A stretch of 64,000 bases of DNA from an uncultured Bacilli bacterium (GTDB lineage: Bacteria > Bacillota_I > Bacilli_A > RFN20 > CAG-826): the NCBI GenBank assembly GCA_944350425.1, contig CALVOX010000001.1:41155-105154 (forward strand), written 5' to 3'. Of the stretch, positions 8,564 through 18,831 are shown in pieces (the first letter of the stretch is position 1; the number at the start of each line of letters is the position of its first letter). Under the pieces are notes generated by a model, which made no database searches, was not told where the DNA came from, and worked only from the letters and a program-made list of their open reading frames with translations. The translations under genes and the position numbers were made by a program.

Positions 8564-9339
8564 TTTATCGTATTACTTCTTTAGAAAACAAAATTGTTAA
8601 ATATACTTTTAAACTTAAAAATAATACTTCTTTTATGAAAAAAGAACATTCTTTTATTTTAGAAGGTAAACATCTTTTAGAACTTGCTGATATTTCCAAA
8701 ATTAAATATATTATTTCATTAAAAGAAGTAGAAGAAAAAGAATATAAAGATATCGATCAATATATTGTTAATGAAAATATAATGAAGAAACTATCTTCTT
8801 ATGATTCTTTTTCTTCATTAATTTTTGTCTATCAAATGGATAATATATCGATAAATAGTAATAATAACTTAGATTTACTTAATAACATTAACGATAAAAT
8901 AGTTTTATATCTTGATCATTTACAAGATTTAGGTAATATTGGTACTATTATTAGAACTGCTCTAGCTTTTAATATTAAAACAATTATATCTACTAATCCG
9001 ATATCCTTTTATAACTTTAAAACTATTCAATCATCTAAAGGAGCAATACTTAAAACTAACTTATATGGTGGAGATATAGACGCATTAAAATATTTAATAA
9101 ATAATAAAGGATATAAGTTAATAGTATCTACTTTAAAAGAAGATTCTATTTTCTTATCTTCTTTTAAAGTAGATAAAACTTCTAAATATATCTTAGCTTT
9201 AGGTAATGAAGGTAATGGAATAAGTAAAGAAGTAGAAGATTTATCAAGCATTAAAATAAAGATTGATATATCAAATATTGATTCTCTTAATGTTGCTATT
9301 GCAGGAGCTATATTTATGTATCATTTAACTTTAAAATAA
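8560..9339 (+). CDS. SpoU/TrmH-family RNA 2'-O-methyltransferase
   Basis: LDHLQDLGNIGTIIRTA…LGNEGNGIS…SLNVAIAGAIFMY are the SPOUT motifs. The start overlaps the upstream gene by 4 nt (ATGA). Confidence 0.8.
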   Translation: MIYRITSLENKIVKYTFKLKNNTSFMKKEHSFILEGKHLLELADISKIKYIISLKEVEEKEYKDIDQYIVNENIMKKLSSYDSFSSLIFVYQMDNISINSNNNLDLLNNINDKIVLYLDHLQDLGNIGTIIRTALAFNIKTIISTNPISFYNFKTIQSSKGAILKTNLYGGDIDALKYLINNKGYKLIVSTLKEDSIFLSSFKVDKTSKYILALGNEGNGISKEVEDLSSIKIKIDISNIDSLNVAIAGAIFMYHLTLK

Positions 9340-9568
9340 TTAATTTAACAAGGAATATTTTATTAGAAGATTACTTATTACCTTCTCTAACTTTAAATGG
9401 TCAAAAATTTTATTTATGTTTAGATTAATCTATTTAATTTTCTCATCTTTTAATTATCGTTAACATTAACTTTACAATAAATATATTTTTTTAAAAAATT
9501 TTGTAAAAGACTATTTTCATAAAATAAAATATGTAATAATATATAAAAAATTCTATGGAGAAGCATGT

Positions 9569-10864
9569 ATGGAAATAAAAAGAGAATATTATTTAAAGAA
9601 ATTAATCCAAAGAAAGAATAATGGTTTAATCAAAATTATTACAGGAATTAGAAGATGTGGCAAATCGTATTTATTAAATAATATCTTTTATAACCATTTA
9701 ATTAATGAAGGTATAAAAGAAGATCATATATTAAGATTTTCTTTTGATATAGCTGAAGATTTAGAGCTTATTGGCGAAGATTTGCTTGAATTAAGCATTA
9801 GTAAAAGAAAAGTTGATCCTAGAAAATTTATGAACTTCATTTCTAATAAAATAAAAGACAATGAAACCTATTATCTATTACTTGATGAAATACAAAATCT
9901 AGGTAGTTTTGAAATTGTTTTAAATGGTTATTTAAGAAAATCTAATTTAGATGTTTATGTCACTGGTTCAAACTCAAAATTTTTATCTTCAGATATAATA
10001 ACTGAGTTTGCTGGAAGAGGTGATGTTATTCATGTTATGCCATTAACTTTCAAAGAGTTTTATAGTGTCTATCAAGGTGATAAAGATGAAGCTTTAGATA
10101 AATATTTTCTTTATGGTGGCTTACCGGCTTTATGTTTAATGGAAACTAATGAACAAAAAATGGATTATCTAGATTTTCAGCTTAAAAATGTTTATTTAAG
10201 AGACATCATAAATCGATATAATTTAAATAACGATACAAATATTAATGAACTTTTAGATATTTTAGCTTCAAATATTTCATCATTAGTTAGTCCAAGAAAA
10301 TTATCTGATACTTTTAAAAGTAAAAAGAATATTTCCATATCTCCAGCAACTATATCTTTATACACTAAATATTTTGAAGAAGCTTTCTTAATTTCTAGCG
10401 CTAAACGATATGATATTAAAGGTAGAAAATACATTAATAGTCCGTTTAAAGTTTATTTTGAAGATATCGGTTTAAGAAATACTAGACTTAATTTTAGACA
10501 AGTAGAAGAAACTCATATTATGGAAAATGTTATTTATAATGAGCTTAGATATCGTGGTTATAAAATTGATGTAGGAGAAGTTTATTCGCTTAATAAAGAT
10601 AATACAGGAGAAAATAAAAAAATAACTTATGAAATAGATTTTGTTGCTAATAAAGGTAGTGATAGATATTACATTCAATCTTGTTATAATTTACTCAATG
10701 ATGAGAAAAAAGAACAGGAAACTAAATCTTTTGATAGCATTAAAGATTCTTTTAAAAAGATTATTATTGTTAATAAAACTTATGAACCTAGAAAAGATGA
10801 AAAAGGATATCTTATTATTGGTTTAAAAGAATTTTTATTAAACGATAATAGTTTGAATTTATAA
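9569..10864 (+). CDS. AAA+ ATPase, AAA_14/DUF4143 family (COG1373)
   Basis: Walker A GIRRCGKSYLL and Walker B LLLDEIQ, with a DUF4143-like C-terminal half. The RBS ggagaag lies 8 nt upstream. Confidence 0.8.
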   Translation: MEIKREYYLKKLIQRKNNGLIKIITGIRRCGKSYLLNNIFYNHLINEGIKEDHILRFSFDIAEDLELIGEDLLELSISKRKVDPRKFMNFISNKIKDNETYYLLLDEIQNLGSFEIVLNGYLRKSNLDVYVTGSNSKFLSSDIITEFAGRGDVIHVMPLTFKEFYSVYQGDKDEALDKYFLYGGLPALCLMETNEQKMDYLDFQLKNVYLRDIINRYNLNNDTNINELLDILASNISSLVSPRKLSDTFKSKKNISISPATISLYTKYFEEAFLISSAKRYDIKGRKYINSPFKVYFEDIGLRNTRLNFRQVEETHIMENVIYNELRYRGYKIDVGEVYSLNKDNTGENKKITYEIDFVANKGSDRYYIQSCYNLLNDEKKEQETKSFDSIKDSFKKIIIVNKTYEPRKDEKGYLIIGLKEFLLNDNSLNL

Positions 10865-10898
10865 ATTAGTTTATTTAATGAAATTAAAAAAACTTAAA

Positions 10899-11081
10899 CT
10901 ATAGGTTTTTATTATTCATATCTTTTTCGATAAGCTCTTTGATATAAGAATTAATACTAGGTTTATCTTTTAAGGATTTTATTAATTTATCATTTCTATC
11001 TTTTCTTAATTTTAATTCAAAGCACTTATATGTTTTCTTTGCATATTTACTGTTTGCTTTACTATGGGAACTTGATGCCAT
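10899..11081 (-). CDS. Arc/Mnt-like ribbon-helix-helix small protein (60 aa), tentative
   Basis: KCFELKLRKD…SINSYIKELIEKDM parallels the Arc repressor FNLRWPRE…SVNSEIYQRVMESF pattern (beta-strand plus two helices). No clear RBS. Confidence 0.4.
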   Translation of the reverse strand: MASSSHSKANSKYAKKTYKCFELKLRKDRNDKLIKSLKDKPSINSYIKELIEKDMNNKNL

Positions 11082-11276
11082 ATAACTTTTAACAGTTGAA
11101 TATAAGGCTCTAAGAACCTTACTATTGATTTTTAAATTAAGTTTAGTATTATAATAGTGATTTCGATTATAGTCTTAACTATTTCAAGAATTATTACAAC
11201 TAATTCAAGAATAATTAAGACTTTTTTATTTACTTTAATATTAAAAAACACTTAATTATCAATAGATATCACATAT

Positions 11277-12338
11277 TTATCTATAAGAATCTAATACACT
11301 TTTAAGTAATTTAGGATCATCAGTCATAATAGCATCACAACCTTTATCAATTAGTTCTCTCATTGTTTCTTCATCATTAATTGTCCAATATTGTACTGCC
11401 ATATTTCTTTCATGTGCTTCTTTAATATAATATTCCCAAGTTAAATCAACGCCATACATTGATGTTGGAAACATCATAGCTGCTAAATCATCAAAGTCAA
11501 ATAAATTTACTCCTAACATTGTTGTAATAACAAATTTAGCTGCTCCAGAAGTAGATGCACCTCTAAGTAAGTTAGGATAAGTAGAAGCTAAATAATCTTC
11601 AATTTCTGGATGGAATGTACCAATAATTACTCTATTTTGATATTCTGGATATTTATTAGTTAATAAATCGTTAATCATATCAGCAGCTTTATAACCAGTT
11701 TCTCCAGCATCTTTAATTTCAATAATAAATAATAAATCTTTGTTAGTTTCATAAAATGATGAAAGTAATGTATCAAAAGTAATTATTGATAAATCATTTT
11801 CTTTAATTATTTCTTTTCTAAGAGGATCATCAAAACTTACTAAATCTCTATAAGGATAATTACCGTTTTCATCTTCAAAGTTATAACCATAATTAAAGAA
11901 AGATAATTCTTCTAAAGTATGGTCTTTAATTAAATATTCTTCATTTGAATTAGTAATTTCTTCTACATCACTTGTACGATTTATACTTTCATCATGATTA
12001 ACTACTAAATTATTATCTTTAGTCATATATAAATCAGTTTCTAATATATCTACATCCATTTCATTAACTGAGGATTTAAATGCTTTTAAAGTATTTTCAG
12101 GATTAGAGATTCCTCCACCTCTATGTGCACAAAGCATTGGTAAACCTGAAGTAGAAATAAAAGGATTAACATCAATAACTTTTTTAGGTGGTATTAAGTT
12201 AATTGTTAAAAGAAATACAAAGATAACACCAATAATAGAAGAAGTAATAATTAAAGCTTTAAGGCCTTTTTTCATCTTCTTTTTAGGAGTAATATCTTGA
12301 GACTTACTATTCTCTATATTTATATTTTCATTTTCCAT
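11277..12338 (-). CDS. Membrane-anchored glycerophosphodiester phosphodiesterase (GDPD family)
   Basis: CAHRGGG…ENTLKAF…DILETDLYMTKDNNLVVNHD is the GDPD catalytic signature. N-terminal TM anchor. The RBS aaggaaa precedes the ATG. Confidence 0.85.
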   Translation of the reverse strand: MENENINIENSKSQDITPKKKMKKGLKALIITSSIIGVIFVFLLTINLIPPKKVIDVNPFISTSGLPMLCAHRGGGISNPENTLKAFKSSVNEMDVDILETDLYMTKDNNLVVNHDESINRTSDVEEITNSNEEYLIKDHTLEELSFFNYGYNFEDENGNYPYRDLVSFDDPLRKEIIKENDLSIITFDTLLSSFYETNKDLLFIIEIKDAGETGYKAADMINDLLTNKYPEYQNRVIIGTFHPEIEDYLASTYPNLLRGASTSGAAKFVITTMLGVNLFDFDDLAAMMFPTSMYGVDLTWEYYIKEAHERNMAVQYWTINDEETMRELIDKGCDAIMTDDPKLLKSVLDSYR

Positions 12339-12760
12339 AATTAAATTTTCCTTCTTAAATAAACCTTATAAATTCTAATATTTTACTAAAATTAAGTTAA
12401 GAAAAAAGTTTCTAAAATTATTAAGATATTTAAAATATTATTTAAGAAAATAATATTATTTATTATCTTGTATGACTTTATTTCTTGTGAGTAAATTAAT
12501 TAAATTTCTACTTTAAATTAAATATTATGAAGGAACTATTTAAATGTCTAATTTATCAATAAACGATATAAGATAAGTAGAAAGTATAATAATATTGATA
12601 TTAATTTAAAGAATGATTAATCATTTTATTAAATAAAAATTTTTTACTATAATAAAAATATGATGAGAAAGCATAAAATATTGCAAAATAAATATTTCCT
12701 TAAGTTAATTTGTTTTTCTTAATGTATGAGAATATTTTAATAAGGAGATTAACTTTAAGA

Positions 12761-12925
12761 TGAAAATTAAAATTTTTTTTAAATTCTTGGCTTTAGCAAA
12801 TTTAGTAGCTTTTATTACATCAATAGGACCTATTTATTCTTTAGTTGATAGCATCAATTACGGTGAATGGAAGGATGAATATTATTTGTCTAATTCTTAT
12901 TATGAAGCTTGGGAGGTTTTATAAT
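12761..12925 (+). CDS. Small ORF (54 aa) with signal-peptide-like N-terminus
   Basis: MKIKIFFKFLALANLVAFITS… preceded by AAGGAG. Its stop overlaps the RBS and start of the lipoprotein gene. Confidence 0.25.
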
Positions 12926-13448
12926 GAAAAGAATAAAAATATTAATTCTAGGTGTGATTTTACTATTACCTACTTCTTGTAAAAATAATAGCGATGAAAT
13001 TGAAATAAATATAATAAGCAATAGAAGTGTTTTTGCTCAGAGTTCAATTGGTACTCAATTTAGCGTGAATCTTCCTAATGTTGATGGTGTATCTTTTTTA
13101 GTTTCATCTAGTTTTGGACATATTGGTCGATATCCTGACTTATTGGAATCGATTGTTGTTAATGAAAATGAGCGTATAAACTGGATTCCAGGGCTTGATG
13201 CTTCATTAGATCAAAACGGTAACTATTATAAATATGGGTTTATCGAAGGAATTATTAATAAAGATGATAAAGCTAATGGCTATTTTCTTTTAGGTTTAAA
13301 AAATTATCTTCCTTATTCTAATAGTTATGATTATCGTATAAATTATATATCAACTTTATATGATGAATCGCTAAATTTAGAAGAAATAAATAATAAACTT
13401 AATAATGATAAAAATTTTTATAAGTCTTTTTATTTCTTCTTTTCCTAA
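12924..13448 (+). CDS. Lipoprotein of unknown function
   Basis: Start set at ATG 12924 (MKRIKILILGVILLLPTSC) after a GGGAGG RBS. Lipobox LPTSC. Confidence 0.6.
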   Translation: MKRIKILILGVILLLPTSCKNNSDEIEINIISNRSVFAQSSIGTQFSVNLPNVDGVSFLVSSSFGHIGRYPDLLESIVVNENERINWIPGLDASLDQNGNYYKYGFIEGIINKDDKANGYFLLGLKNYLPYSNSYDYRINYISTLYDESLNLEEINNKLNNDKNFYKSFYFFFS

Positions 13449-13565
13449 ATAAAAATTTATAATTAGATAATATTAGATTTTAGTAAAAATAAATGAGGAC
13501 TTCTCCTTAGTAGCGGGAATCTTCTTGCTAAAACAAATTTAATTTAGAATAACTCAAATACTAAT

Positions 13566-13590
13566 AAAAAAGAGGTTTACTCTTTTGAAA
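13566..13590 (+). terminator. Weak terminator candidate
   Basis: aaaagag-gttta-ctctttt followed by gaaataat. The stem is short and the candidate lies about 118 nt past the lipoprotein stop. Confidence 0.3.
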
Positions 13591-13848
13591 TAATATTTAT
13601 TGGTTTTTATTTATTACCCTTTATGTTTTATTTACTCATTAATCTTTGTTAGAGAAAGAAGATATCTTAACGAAGCACTAATTGCTTGTAGTAAGAACCA
13701 AAATAAGTAAATTAAGCAGTTATTTATACCATTTAGGCCTTCTTAATAGCTCTTTTTTGTCACTTATTAAATTTTGCGCTAAATTTTGCTATTTACTTAG
13801 TTACTTATATTTTTTAGTCTATTTGTAAGAGGCATAATTTAAGTAAAT

Positions 13849-15078
13849 ATGGAAGAAATTATTGGTAAATTTAATAACGCCAAAGTATTTGCGAGTGTAA
13901 TTGATGAAGAGACTAGAGAACAAGTAAAACTCTTATTAAATCAAAGTTTTATTAAAGATTTGGTTGTTAGAATTATGCCGGATTGCCATAAAGGTAAAGG
14001 CTGTGTTATTGGTACAACAATGACTATTAAAGATAAGATTGTACCTAATTTAGTTGGGGTTGATATTGGGTGTGGAATTAAAGTAATAACTTTAGGAAAT
14101 ATTAATAATATCAATCTAGATTTTGCTAAACTTGATAAATTTATTTATAACTCTATTCCTCATGGTATTGGTGTAAATAAAGAAAAAGTATTAGATGAAG
14201 ATACTTTAATTCATAATTTAAAATGTTTTAATTACTTAGAAGATGTTGATCGTTTAGAAAGATCTTTATGTTCTTTAGGTGGTGGAAATCATTTTATTGA
14301 ATTAGATAAAGATGATGAAGATAACGTCTATTTACTTATTCATACTGGTTCTAGAAACCTAGGAACACAAGTCGCAACTTATTATCAAAATAAAGCAATT
14401 AGTAATCATAATGATTTTGTTGCTTCTTATGAAAATAAAAGAATCTCGACTATTAAAAAACTAAAAGAAGAAGGAAGAGAAATTGCCTTAGCTTTAAAAG
14501 AGTTAGAAAAAGAATTTTCTGAAGTTAGAGATATTCCTGACCAATTAACATATCTTGAAGGTGAAGATTTTTCTAATTATCTTCATGATATGGAATTAAC
14601 TCAAGAGTTTGCATCGATCAATAGGGATTTAATTGGAAGAAAAACAGTAAGTGAAGTACTTAATTTAGATTATGATTCTTTAGATAAATTTGAATCGATT
14701 CATAACTATAGTAACTTCAAAGATATGATTTTAAGAAAAGGAGCAATTAGTGTTTATAAAAACGAAAGATTAGTTATTCCAATCAATATGAGAGATGGTT
14801 CTATTTTAGCTCTTGGTAAAGAAGATAAAGATTATAACTATAGTGCTCCTCATGGTGCAGGAAGAGTTTTATCAAGAAATAAAGCAATAGAATCTATTCC
14901 TTTAGAAAAATTTGAAGAATCGATGAAAGGAATATATACAACTTCAGTATGTGAAGGGACAATTGATGAATCACCTTTTGCATATAAATCAATTAATGAC
15001 ATTATCGATAATATTAAAGAAACAGTCGATATTATTAAAATAATTAAGCCTATTTATAACTTTAAAGCAAGAAACTAA
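13849..15078 (+). CDS. rtcB: RtcB-family RNA ligase (short ~410-aa form)
   Basis: IMPDCHKGKGCVIGT…GVDIGCGI…LGGGNHFIELD are RtcB metal/GMP-site motifs. Confidence 0.85.
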   Translation: MEEIIGKFNNAKVFASVIDEETREQVKLLLNQSFIKDLVVRIMPDCHKGKGCVIGTTMTIKDKIVPNLVGVDIGCGIKVITLGNINNINLDFAKLDKFIYNSIPHGIGVNKEKVLDEDTLIHNLKCFNYLEDVDRLERSLCSLGGGNHFIELDKDDEDNVYLLIHTGSRNLGTQVATYYQNKAISNHNDFVASYENKRISTIKKLKEEGREIALALKELEKEFSEVRDIPDQLTYLEGEDFSNYLHDMELTQEFASINRDLIGRKTVSEVLNLDYDSLDKFESIHNYSNFKDMILRKGAISVYKNERLVIPINMRDGSILALGKEDKDYNYSAPHGAGRVLSRNKAIESIPLEKFEESMKGIYTTSVCEGTIDESPFAYKSINDIIDNIKETVDIIKIIKPIYNFKARN

Positions 15079-15099
15079 CTTTAAATACTGTAAAAATTC

Positions 15100-15129
15100 A
15101 TTTATAAAATTTAGTTAAATTGCTATAAT
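15100..15129 (+). promoter_or_regulatory. Extended -10 promoter for the pheST leader
   Basis: TGcTATAAT at 15121-15129 with a weak -35. Confidence 0.4.
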
Positions 15130-15347
15130 CTATTTGTTTTAAGCGTTGAAGAGGAGTAGTAATCACTTTATAGTTATTTTAGTGAGAGGTGAGAGTGAAA
15201 AACCTTATAACTAACTTGATGAATTCGCCTTGGAGCTTGGTTTGATGAACCCGTTAAACTTTTGCGTAAAAAAGATAAACTAAGAGCAAAGAATTAGGAT
15301 GGTACCACGTTAATTATAACGTTCCTATACACTAATTCTTTTTTATT
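15130..15347 (+). promoter_or_regulatory. T-box riboswitch leader (Phe) with terminator
   Basis: T-box sequence aattaggatggtaccacg (15292-15309). The specifier region contains UUC (…gaattcgcc…). The terminator helix is gaattagga…tcctatacactaattc plus ttttttattt. Confidence 0.8.
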
Positions 15348-15368
15348 TATTAGGAGATATTTGTATTT

Positions 15369-16409
15369 ATGGATTACACTTTAGAATTTGAAAATATTAA
15401 AACTAAAGCTAGTGAAGAAATAAGCAAAGCTAATGATTTATCTTCTTTGATAAATATTAAAAATAAATATTTATCAAAGAAAGGTGAAGTATCTTTAATG
15501 ATGAATCATATTAAAGAAGTTAGCGATAAAAAAGCCTTTGGAGAAATTTATAATAAAACTAGAAAAGAGATTGAATCTTTAATTGATGAAAAGATTAAGG
15601 TTGAAGAAGAAAAGAAATTAAATGAAGAATTAAAGAAAGAAAGAATTGATATTACTTTACCAGGTAATAATTATGTTAGAGGGATTGCTAATCCTTTCTA
15701 TAAAACAATTAATGAGATTGAAGAAATCTTTAGAGGAATGGGTTATAGCGTAGAACATGGCCCAGAAGTTGATTATGATAAATATGTTTTTGAATTATTA
15801 AATATTCCTCATGATCATCCAGCTAGAGACATGCAAGATACTTTATATATTAATGATAATTTACTTCTTAGATCTCATACTTCAAGTGTTCAAGCTCATG
15901 TAATGGAAAAAGCTAAAGGTAAGCCTATTAAAATTATTTGTCCTGGTAAAACTTATCGTAGAGATGACGATGATATGACTCATTCTCATCAATTTGCGCA
16001 AGTTGAAGGTTTAGTTATTGATAAAAATATTAATTTAGGTAACTTAAAAGCTACTTTAGAACTTTTTGCTCAAAAGATGTTTTCTAAAGATACTAAAGTT
16101 AGATTCCGTTCATCTTATTTCCCATTCACCGAACCTAGTGTTGAAGTCGATATTTCTTGCTTTAACTGTAAAGGTAAAGGCTGCCCTATTTGTAAAAATA
16201 GTGGTTGGATTGAAATTTTAGGAGCTGGTATGGTTCATCCTAATGTTTTAAAAATGAGCGGATATGATCCTGAAGTTTATAGTGGTTTTGCTTTTGGAAT
16301 TGGTATTGAAAGAGTAACAATGCTTAAATATGGAATTAACGATATCCGTAAATTCTATCAAAACGATTTACGTTTCATTAAAGAATTTAAGAAAGTTAAA
16401 GAGGATTAA
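15369..16409 (+). CDS. pheS: Phenylalanine--tRNA ligase alpha subunit
   Basis: Class II motifs (…FPFTEPSVEVD…GAGMVHPNVL…FGIGIERV). Confidence 0.95.
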   Translation: MDYTLEFENIKTKASEEISKANDLSSLINIKNKYLSKKGEVSLMMNHIKEVSDKKAFGEIYNKTRKEIESLIDEKIKVEEEKKLNEELKKERIDITLPGNNYVRGIANPFYKTINEIEEIFRGMGYSVEHGPEVDYDKYVFELLNIPHDHPARDMQDTLYINDNLLLRSHTSSVQAHVMEKAKGKPIKIICPGKTYRRDDDDMTHSHQFAQVEGLVIDKNINLGNLKATLELFAQKMFSKDTKVRFRSSYFPFTEPSVEVDISCFNCKGKGCPICKNSGWIEILGAGMVHPNVLKMSGYDPEVYSGFAFGIGIERVTMLKYGINDIRKFYQNDLRFIKEFKKVKED

Positions 16410-16412
16410 TCT

Positions 16413-18830
16413 ATGTTAGTTAGTTTAAAAGAAATAAGTAAATACGTTGATATTAAAGATTTAACTCCAGAAGAAATTGCATCTAGACTTACTTTTGCTG
16501 GAATTGAAGTTGAAGAAATTAAAAGAAGTGCTGAGGCTACTAATTTAGTTATTGGTGAAGTTATTGACTGCAAAAATCATCCAAATAGCGACCATCTCCA
16601 TGTTTGTAAAGTTGATGTTGGAGATGAAATATTAGATATTGTTTGTGGTGCACCAAATGTTAGAAAAGGTTTAAAAGTTATTGTTGCTAAAGTTGGAGCA
16701 ATTCTTTCTGGAAATAAAGAAATTAAAAGAGGTGAAATTAGAGGAGAAATCTCTAACGGAATGCTTTGTGCTTTAAATGAACTTGGAGTAGACTCAAAAT
16801 ATTTAAGAAAAGAACAAATTGAAGGTATTGAAGAACTTCCTAGCGATGCTAAAGTTGGTAACGCTAATGTTTTATCATATCTTGGTTTAGATGATGTAAT
16901 TTTAGATTTATCGCTTCTTGCTAACCGTAGCGATTGTTATGCTTTATATAATGTTGCTAGAGAAATAGGAGCATTATTTGATAGGAAAGTTAATATTCCT
17001 ACATTCAAAGAAGAACATACCTTTGAAGATAATGAATTTAAAATTTCTTCTTTAACACCAAAATGTCCATCTTTTTATGGAAAGATAGTCAAAAATATTA
17101 AAATTAAAGAATCACCTAAATGGTTAAAAGATGTTCTTCAAAGTGAAGGAATTAGATCAATTGATAATGTTGTTGATGTTGCTAACTATGTAATGCTTTT
17201 AACTGGTCAACCACTTCATACATATGATTATGATAAACTTTTAAGTAAAGAGTTAATTGTTAAAGATGATATTGATGAAGATTTTATAGCTTTAGATAAT
17301 CAAACTTACCATATTAAACCAGGGGATTTATGTGTTACATCTAATAACAAAACAATGTGTTTAGCTGGTATTATGGGTGGAGAAAATAGTGAAATTAGTA
17401 GTGAATCAAAAAATATCGTAATTGAAGTTGCTAATTTTAAATTTGCATCGATTAGAAAAACATCTTCTAGGCTCGGTTTAAGTAGCGATTCATCTTTAAG
17501 ATTTTCTAAAGGGATAAATAAAGACCAAAGTGAAGATGTACTTAATTTAACTATTCATCTATTAAAAGAAGTAAGTGATGAGCCATCTTCTTTAGAAATA
17601 TCTAATATCATTAAATATGACACTATTAATCATGAACCAAAAAATATTTCATGTTCTTTAGATTATATCAATAATAGATTAGGTTCATCTTTTACTTACG
17701 AAGAAGTAAAAGATGTATTAACAAAACTTAATTTTAAGTTTGTTAATGAAGATTTATCTTCTAACAATTTTGAAGTAATTGTTCCTTCTTATCGAATTGA
17801 TGTTGAAGGTAAAGCTGATTTAAGTGAAGAAGTAATTAGATATAAAGGATTTGATTATATTAAAACTTCATATCCAATTATGGAAACTACTTTAGGAAGT
17901 TATTCTTCTTCTAGAGAAAAAGAAAAGATTATTGAAGATTATTTACTTACTAATTCATTGTATGAAGTTTTAACATATACTCTTATAAATGAAAAAGATA
18001 ATTCAATGTATAATTATTTTAATAAAGTAGGTAATGGTTTAGTAATTTCTAATCCTTTAAGTGAAGACCATAAATATATTAGAAAGAATATTTTAACTTC
18101 TTTACTTAGAACAATGGAATATAACTTAAATCATAAAGAAAGTGATTTTGGTATATTTGAAATAAGCAATGTCTATAACGAAAATGATAAAGATGAAATA
18201 CATTTAGGTATTATTTTAGAAGGCAATAAGTTAAAACAAGATAATATTATTGATCATCCTTATTCTTATTATGATATTAAAGGTTTATTTGAAGGAATTA
18301 CTTCTTTATTTAACATTGATAGTAATCGTCTTAAATATAAAAGATTAGAAGAAAATAATAAAGAATTCCATCCTGGAAGAAGTGCTTACATCTATTTAGA
18401 TGGTAAATTACTTGCAGTTTTAGGTGAGATTCATCCTTTAAAACGAAATGAATTTTCTTTAAAGAAAGAAAACGTTCTCTTATTAGAAATGAATTTATCT
18501 TTATTATTTAATACAAGAAGTGCAAATAATAAATTTAATGAAATAAGCAAATATCCTAGTGTTAGAAGAGATTTTGCTTTTATTATCTCTAAAGATTTAG
18601 ATTATATTTTAATTCGTAATGAATTAAAGAAAGCTTCTTCTTTAATTAAATCAATCTCTTTATTTGATATATATGAAGGTGAACATATTAAAGAAGGTTA
18701 TGTTTCTTTAGCCTTATCTTTAACTTATGAAGCCTTTGATCATACATTAAAAGAAGATGAAATAAATGCTTTAGATAATAAAATCAAAGAGATTTTATTA
18801 TCTAAATTTAAAGTAGAATTTAGAGGTTAA
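16413..18830 (+). CDS. pheT: Phenylalanine--tRNA ligase beta subunit
   Basis: 805 aa with tRNA-binding, B3/B4 and FDX-ACB regions. Immediately downstream of pheS. Confidence 0.95.
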   Translation: MLVSLKEISKYVDIKDLTPEEIASRLTFAGIEVEEIKRSAEATNLVIGEVIDCKNHPNSDHLHVCKVDVGDEILDIVCGAPNVRKGLKVIVAKVGAILSGNKEIKRGEIRGEISNGMLCALNELGVDSKYLRKEQIEGIEELPSDAKVGNANVLSYLGLDDVILDLSLLANRSDCYALYNVAREIGALFDRKVNIPTFKEEHTFEDNEFKISSLTPKCPSFYGKIVKNIKIKESPKWLKDVLQSEGIRSIDNVVDVANYVMLLTGQPLHTYDYDKLLSKELIVKDDIDEDFIALDNQTYHIKPGDLCVTSNNKTMCLAGIMGGENSEISSESKNIVIEVANFKFASIRKTSSRLGLSSDSSLRFSKGINKDQSEDVLNLTIHLLKEVSDEPSSLEISNIIKYDTINHEPKNISCSLDYINNRLGSSFTYEEVKDVLTKLNFKFVNEDLSSNNFEVIVPSYRIDVEGKADLSEEVIRYKGFDYIKTSYPIMETTLGSYSSSREKEKIIEDYLLTNSLYEVLTYTLINEKDNSMYNYFNKVGNGLVISNPLSEDHKYIRKNILTSLLRTMEYNLNHKESDFGIFEISNVYNENDKDEIHLGIILEGNKLKQDNIIDHPYSYYDIKGLFEGITSLFNIDSNRLKYKRLEENNKEFHPGRSAYIYLDGKLLAVLGEIHPLKRNEFSLKKENVLLLEMNLSLLFNTRSANNKFNEISKYPSVRRDFAFIISKDLDYILIRNELKKASSLIKSISLFDIYEGEHIKEGYVSLALSLTYEAFDHTLKEDEINALDNKIKEILLSKFKVEFRG

Positions 18831-18831
18831 T

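Noticed and set aside
9027-9251. 74-aa minus ORF
   Set aside because: Antisense within the SpoU methyltransferase CDS.
10192-10826. Three short ORFs (10192-10434 -, 10472-10678 -, 10641-10826 +)
   Set aside because: All lie inside the DUF4143 ATPase CDS. AT-rich antisense or frame artefacts.
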